Assembly: GCF_964204645.1 (NCBI RefSeq)
Contig: NC_134034.1
Coordinates: forward strand, 4,748,914-4,812,913
Direction: 5' to 3'
From: Tubulanus polymorphus
Lineage: Eukaryota; Animalia; Nemertea
DNA length: 64,000 nt
Part shown: positions 61,534 through 64,000 of the stretch, piece after piece
How the letters are laid out: each line of letters starts with the position of its first letter
Numbering within the stretch: position 1 is the stretch's first letter
Notes under the pieces: model-generated
Told to the model about the DNA's origin: nothing
The model's input: only the letters and a program-made list of their open reading frames with translations
Database searches by the model: none
Position numbers and translations under genes: made by a program

Positions 61534-61810
61534 CACTCTTAGTACCTTTTTAAGTACCAATAAGTACCATTTTAAAAGGTGACTTCAAAGCACCATTTTT
61601 AGTAGGGTACTTATAAGTAACATTTGAAATCGTACTTGTCAGTACCTTTAAGATGGTACTCTGACATACCCTTTATTTGACAAATACCTTTTTCACATTG
61701 TGGGTACCCTTTAAAGGTTTAGGGCTAGTACCTTTATGGGTACTTTTAGGTACCTTTCAAGGTACTATGCAGTCCCTTTAGGGTACCTGCCAGCTCTCCT
61801 AGGGTATCCA
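61534..61810 (+). mobile_element. EnSpm/CACTA-like terminus with GTACC/GGTAC subterminal repeats
   Basis: CACTCTTAG start followed by a dense array of GTACC(TTT)/AAGGTAC motifs. Confidence 0.55.
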
Positions 61811-62222
61811 AAGAAACCATACTTGAACTCCTGATAAATGAAACCTTTCCTCCTGAACCGAAACATCAGAACAACGAGAAATATAGATGTACGTTAATCA
61901 ATTTATTGAACAGAATGAAATACTAGTTATCTAAAGCAGTAATTAAACAAAATTATATGATTCAAGTCATTACTAAATTCGACAATATTATGTACATACA
62001 GGAATAGCTGTTGGCAGTAATTATATACATATATTATGTAATAATAGAGGCACCTGCCCCAGCTCTCCATAGACGAACTAAGACAAAATAGATTTTCCTA
62101 ATCTTAAAAAAATATTCAAATAGGTCAATTGCAATTTTCCAAGAATATCAAGTTTTTCGTATTGACAGGTTTCACAGCCATATGTCAGGACAGGTGTGAC
62201 AATACTATGAATAGTTTTCTCA

Positions 62223-62940
62223 CAGGGTTCATAGTAGTAAAGCTCAGGTTCTAATAAGCACTTATAAGCACCATTTCAAAACCCAAAATAAATACTTTCA
62301 AGTGCAATTGTGTAGATGTTTCTGTGCAGATAACATCTTAAGTAGCCAGGCAAACACAAGAAACTTTTACAATAAAAACATAAGTTTAATAAATAACGTA
62401 TCTACAACATAAAATTACCAAATAAAGTAACTATTTTTTTTCAAACAGCCTGTTTACAATAAAAATCATAATCAGAAATACAACTGTTATTTAGAATATT
62501 ATTGCAGTGTACCAAGTGACTTAGAATGTCGCTGAAGACGACTGATGCCCCACAACGCGTTGTGGGGGCATAAAAAGTTTATACCTCTCGTGGCCATAAA
62601 ATAGTCCAGAGAACAATATGAAACAGTAATTTATGAATGACAAGTTTTTGCACTCAGGGATTCAATTTGCTTGGAGAGATCAGCAAGTCATTTTTCTTTG
62701 ATGAAGTGGAATCACGGAATGTCACAGATTTGGTTATAAGTTCATGGGTTTCAGCAAATTTTTTTTTTTTTCGCTGCCTGTTTCGCATGAATATCTGCCG
62801 ACGATGTTAATGTGCTGATGTCTACTTCGAGTAGCTTCGTCTTAGCTTTTAATTCATCGAGCACATCCTGTTTGGCTTTTCTTTTCTTGATGTGCTCTTG
62901 GTCTCACTTTTTTTTCTCATTCAAATAAGCTTGATACCTA
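62223..62940 (-). mobile_element. hAT element 3' end (CAGGGTTC TIR) with the coiled-coil transposase tail
   Basis: TIR at 62223. Manual translation KRKAKQDVLDELKAKTKLLEVDISTLTSSADIHAKQAA...HELITKSVTFR (~62890-62650). Confidence 0.6.
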
Positions 62941-63329
62941 CTGTGGGCACTTGCCACACTAGCAATCAACTCTGCTGTGATTTCTACGTCGAGAACACCC
63001 CTTACAGCAGGAATGTAATCACAAATCCTTCTTTGTGCTACAAAGGCCTCTTCGTCAAGATTTCCTACTTCTACCTGACACAGTATACATCCTATGCTGG
63101 TATAATGATGAATATATTAGAAATGACTCATTACGCACCATCTATTTCAACTTACTATTCTAGGATTTCCTAACCAGGGAAATTTTTCCTCTGTTGTTAA
63201 CTGGCCACTAAGTTCAAGACGATGCTTTAACGTTTTCCGCGCTTCTTAACGACATCCAGATCAGGACGCGATTTTAAAGCTTCCCCCGATAAATATTTCA
63301 GGTGCTGCTCAATACTAGCCGGGTTTTCC

Positions 63330-63900
63330 ATTTCCATGTTATTATCCTGAAGACACAATCAAATTTCTTAATATTGGTAAAAGCAAAATTTGGTGTATGA
63401 TTGACTTTCTTCAAAAAATGACATACCGTCAGTGGAAATAATGGTCTCCACCTTTTGTTCTTTGTTGAATCACCACTGTTATCAGTAGACGAATCACCCT
63501 TGCCCTTTCTACCGAATTTCTTATGAACTTCATCAACTTCTGTAATATCTACGAGAGTTGATCGATCCCTTTTCATCTTTGCTTTTAGGGATTCTTTAGT
63601 ACTTCCTGAATAAAAAAGTAATTTTCATATCTGAACCATGTACTGTGTACTTGATGCCCGATATTACCTTCAATGACCTGACTGAAAATGTCACAAAAGC
63701 TATCTATAGGGCAAGAGTATAGATTCACTGTGGAAGATATTATCAGTATGTACTTAATAATTCCTATCAATCATCAATATACATGCTACAGATTATTACA
63801 TATACTTACAAATCCTGTATTATCCTGCCCTTTTAGATATGGGTACTTCATAAGCAGCTTTGGTATGACAGTGTCATAAAACTGGCGTGTAGGAAACCTA
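63330..63900 (-). pseudogene. SAMD3-like accessory-gene fragment (type associated with animal EnSpm/CACTA elements), with introns
   Basis: VIPKLLMKYPYLKGQDNTGF|gtaagt ... ttttttattcag|..KESLKAKMKRDRSTLVDITEVDEVHKKFG. Confidence 0.55.
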
Positions 63901-64000
63901 TGAAAAACATTAAAACACAAGTTTTCTTTTCATACTTTTAGAACAGTACAGGTAGAAGGTGGAAATAGAATATTGGATTTCAGAGTTAAACTCAAGGCCG

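Overview
This is AT-rich eukaryotic DNA, most likely from an invertebrate animal (inferred from the TE repertoire and GT-AG introns). It is made almost entirely of nested, mostly decayed transposable elements, and I found no ordinary host gene, rRNA gene, intact tRNA or CRISPR array. From left to right: a Penelope-like retroelement 3' end with a foldback insertion and a hammerhead-like motif; a full-length but inactivated pogo transposon; a 3.47-kb near-perfect tandem duplication carrying two intact piggyBac transposase ORFs with a templated insertion at the junction; a Jockey/I-type LINE interrupted by a 6-bp-TSD hAT element that itself contains a Helentron-type HINE; KDZ (HMGXB3/Zisupton-like) transposase fragments; a second HINE containing another 6-bp-TSD hAT; a split Kolobok/'Mutator-like' transposase with a Zator-type MITE; a decayed long ORF joining an Ulp1-type protease to a MULE transposase; DIRS, BEL/Pao and piggyBac remnants; a Kolobok element (THAP-transposase plus convergent P2X7-C-terminal-like KolX gene); EnSpm-associated SAMD3-like remnants; and two unassigned coding-looking segments (55.5-56.6 kb and 58.4-59.6 kb). 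All family calls come from motif recognition by eye, not database searches. The best candidates for something unusual are the N-terminal Ulp1-MULE fusion, the orphan ORF at 58.4-59.6 kb, the 6-bp-TSD hAT families and the piggyBac duplication architecture.
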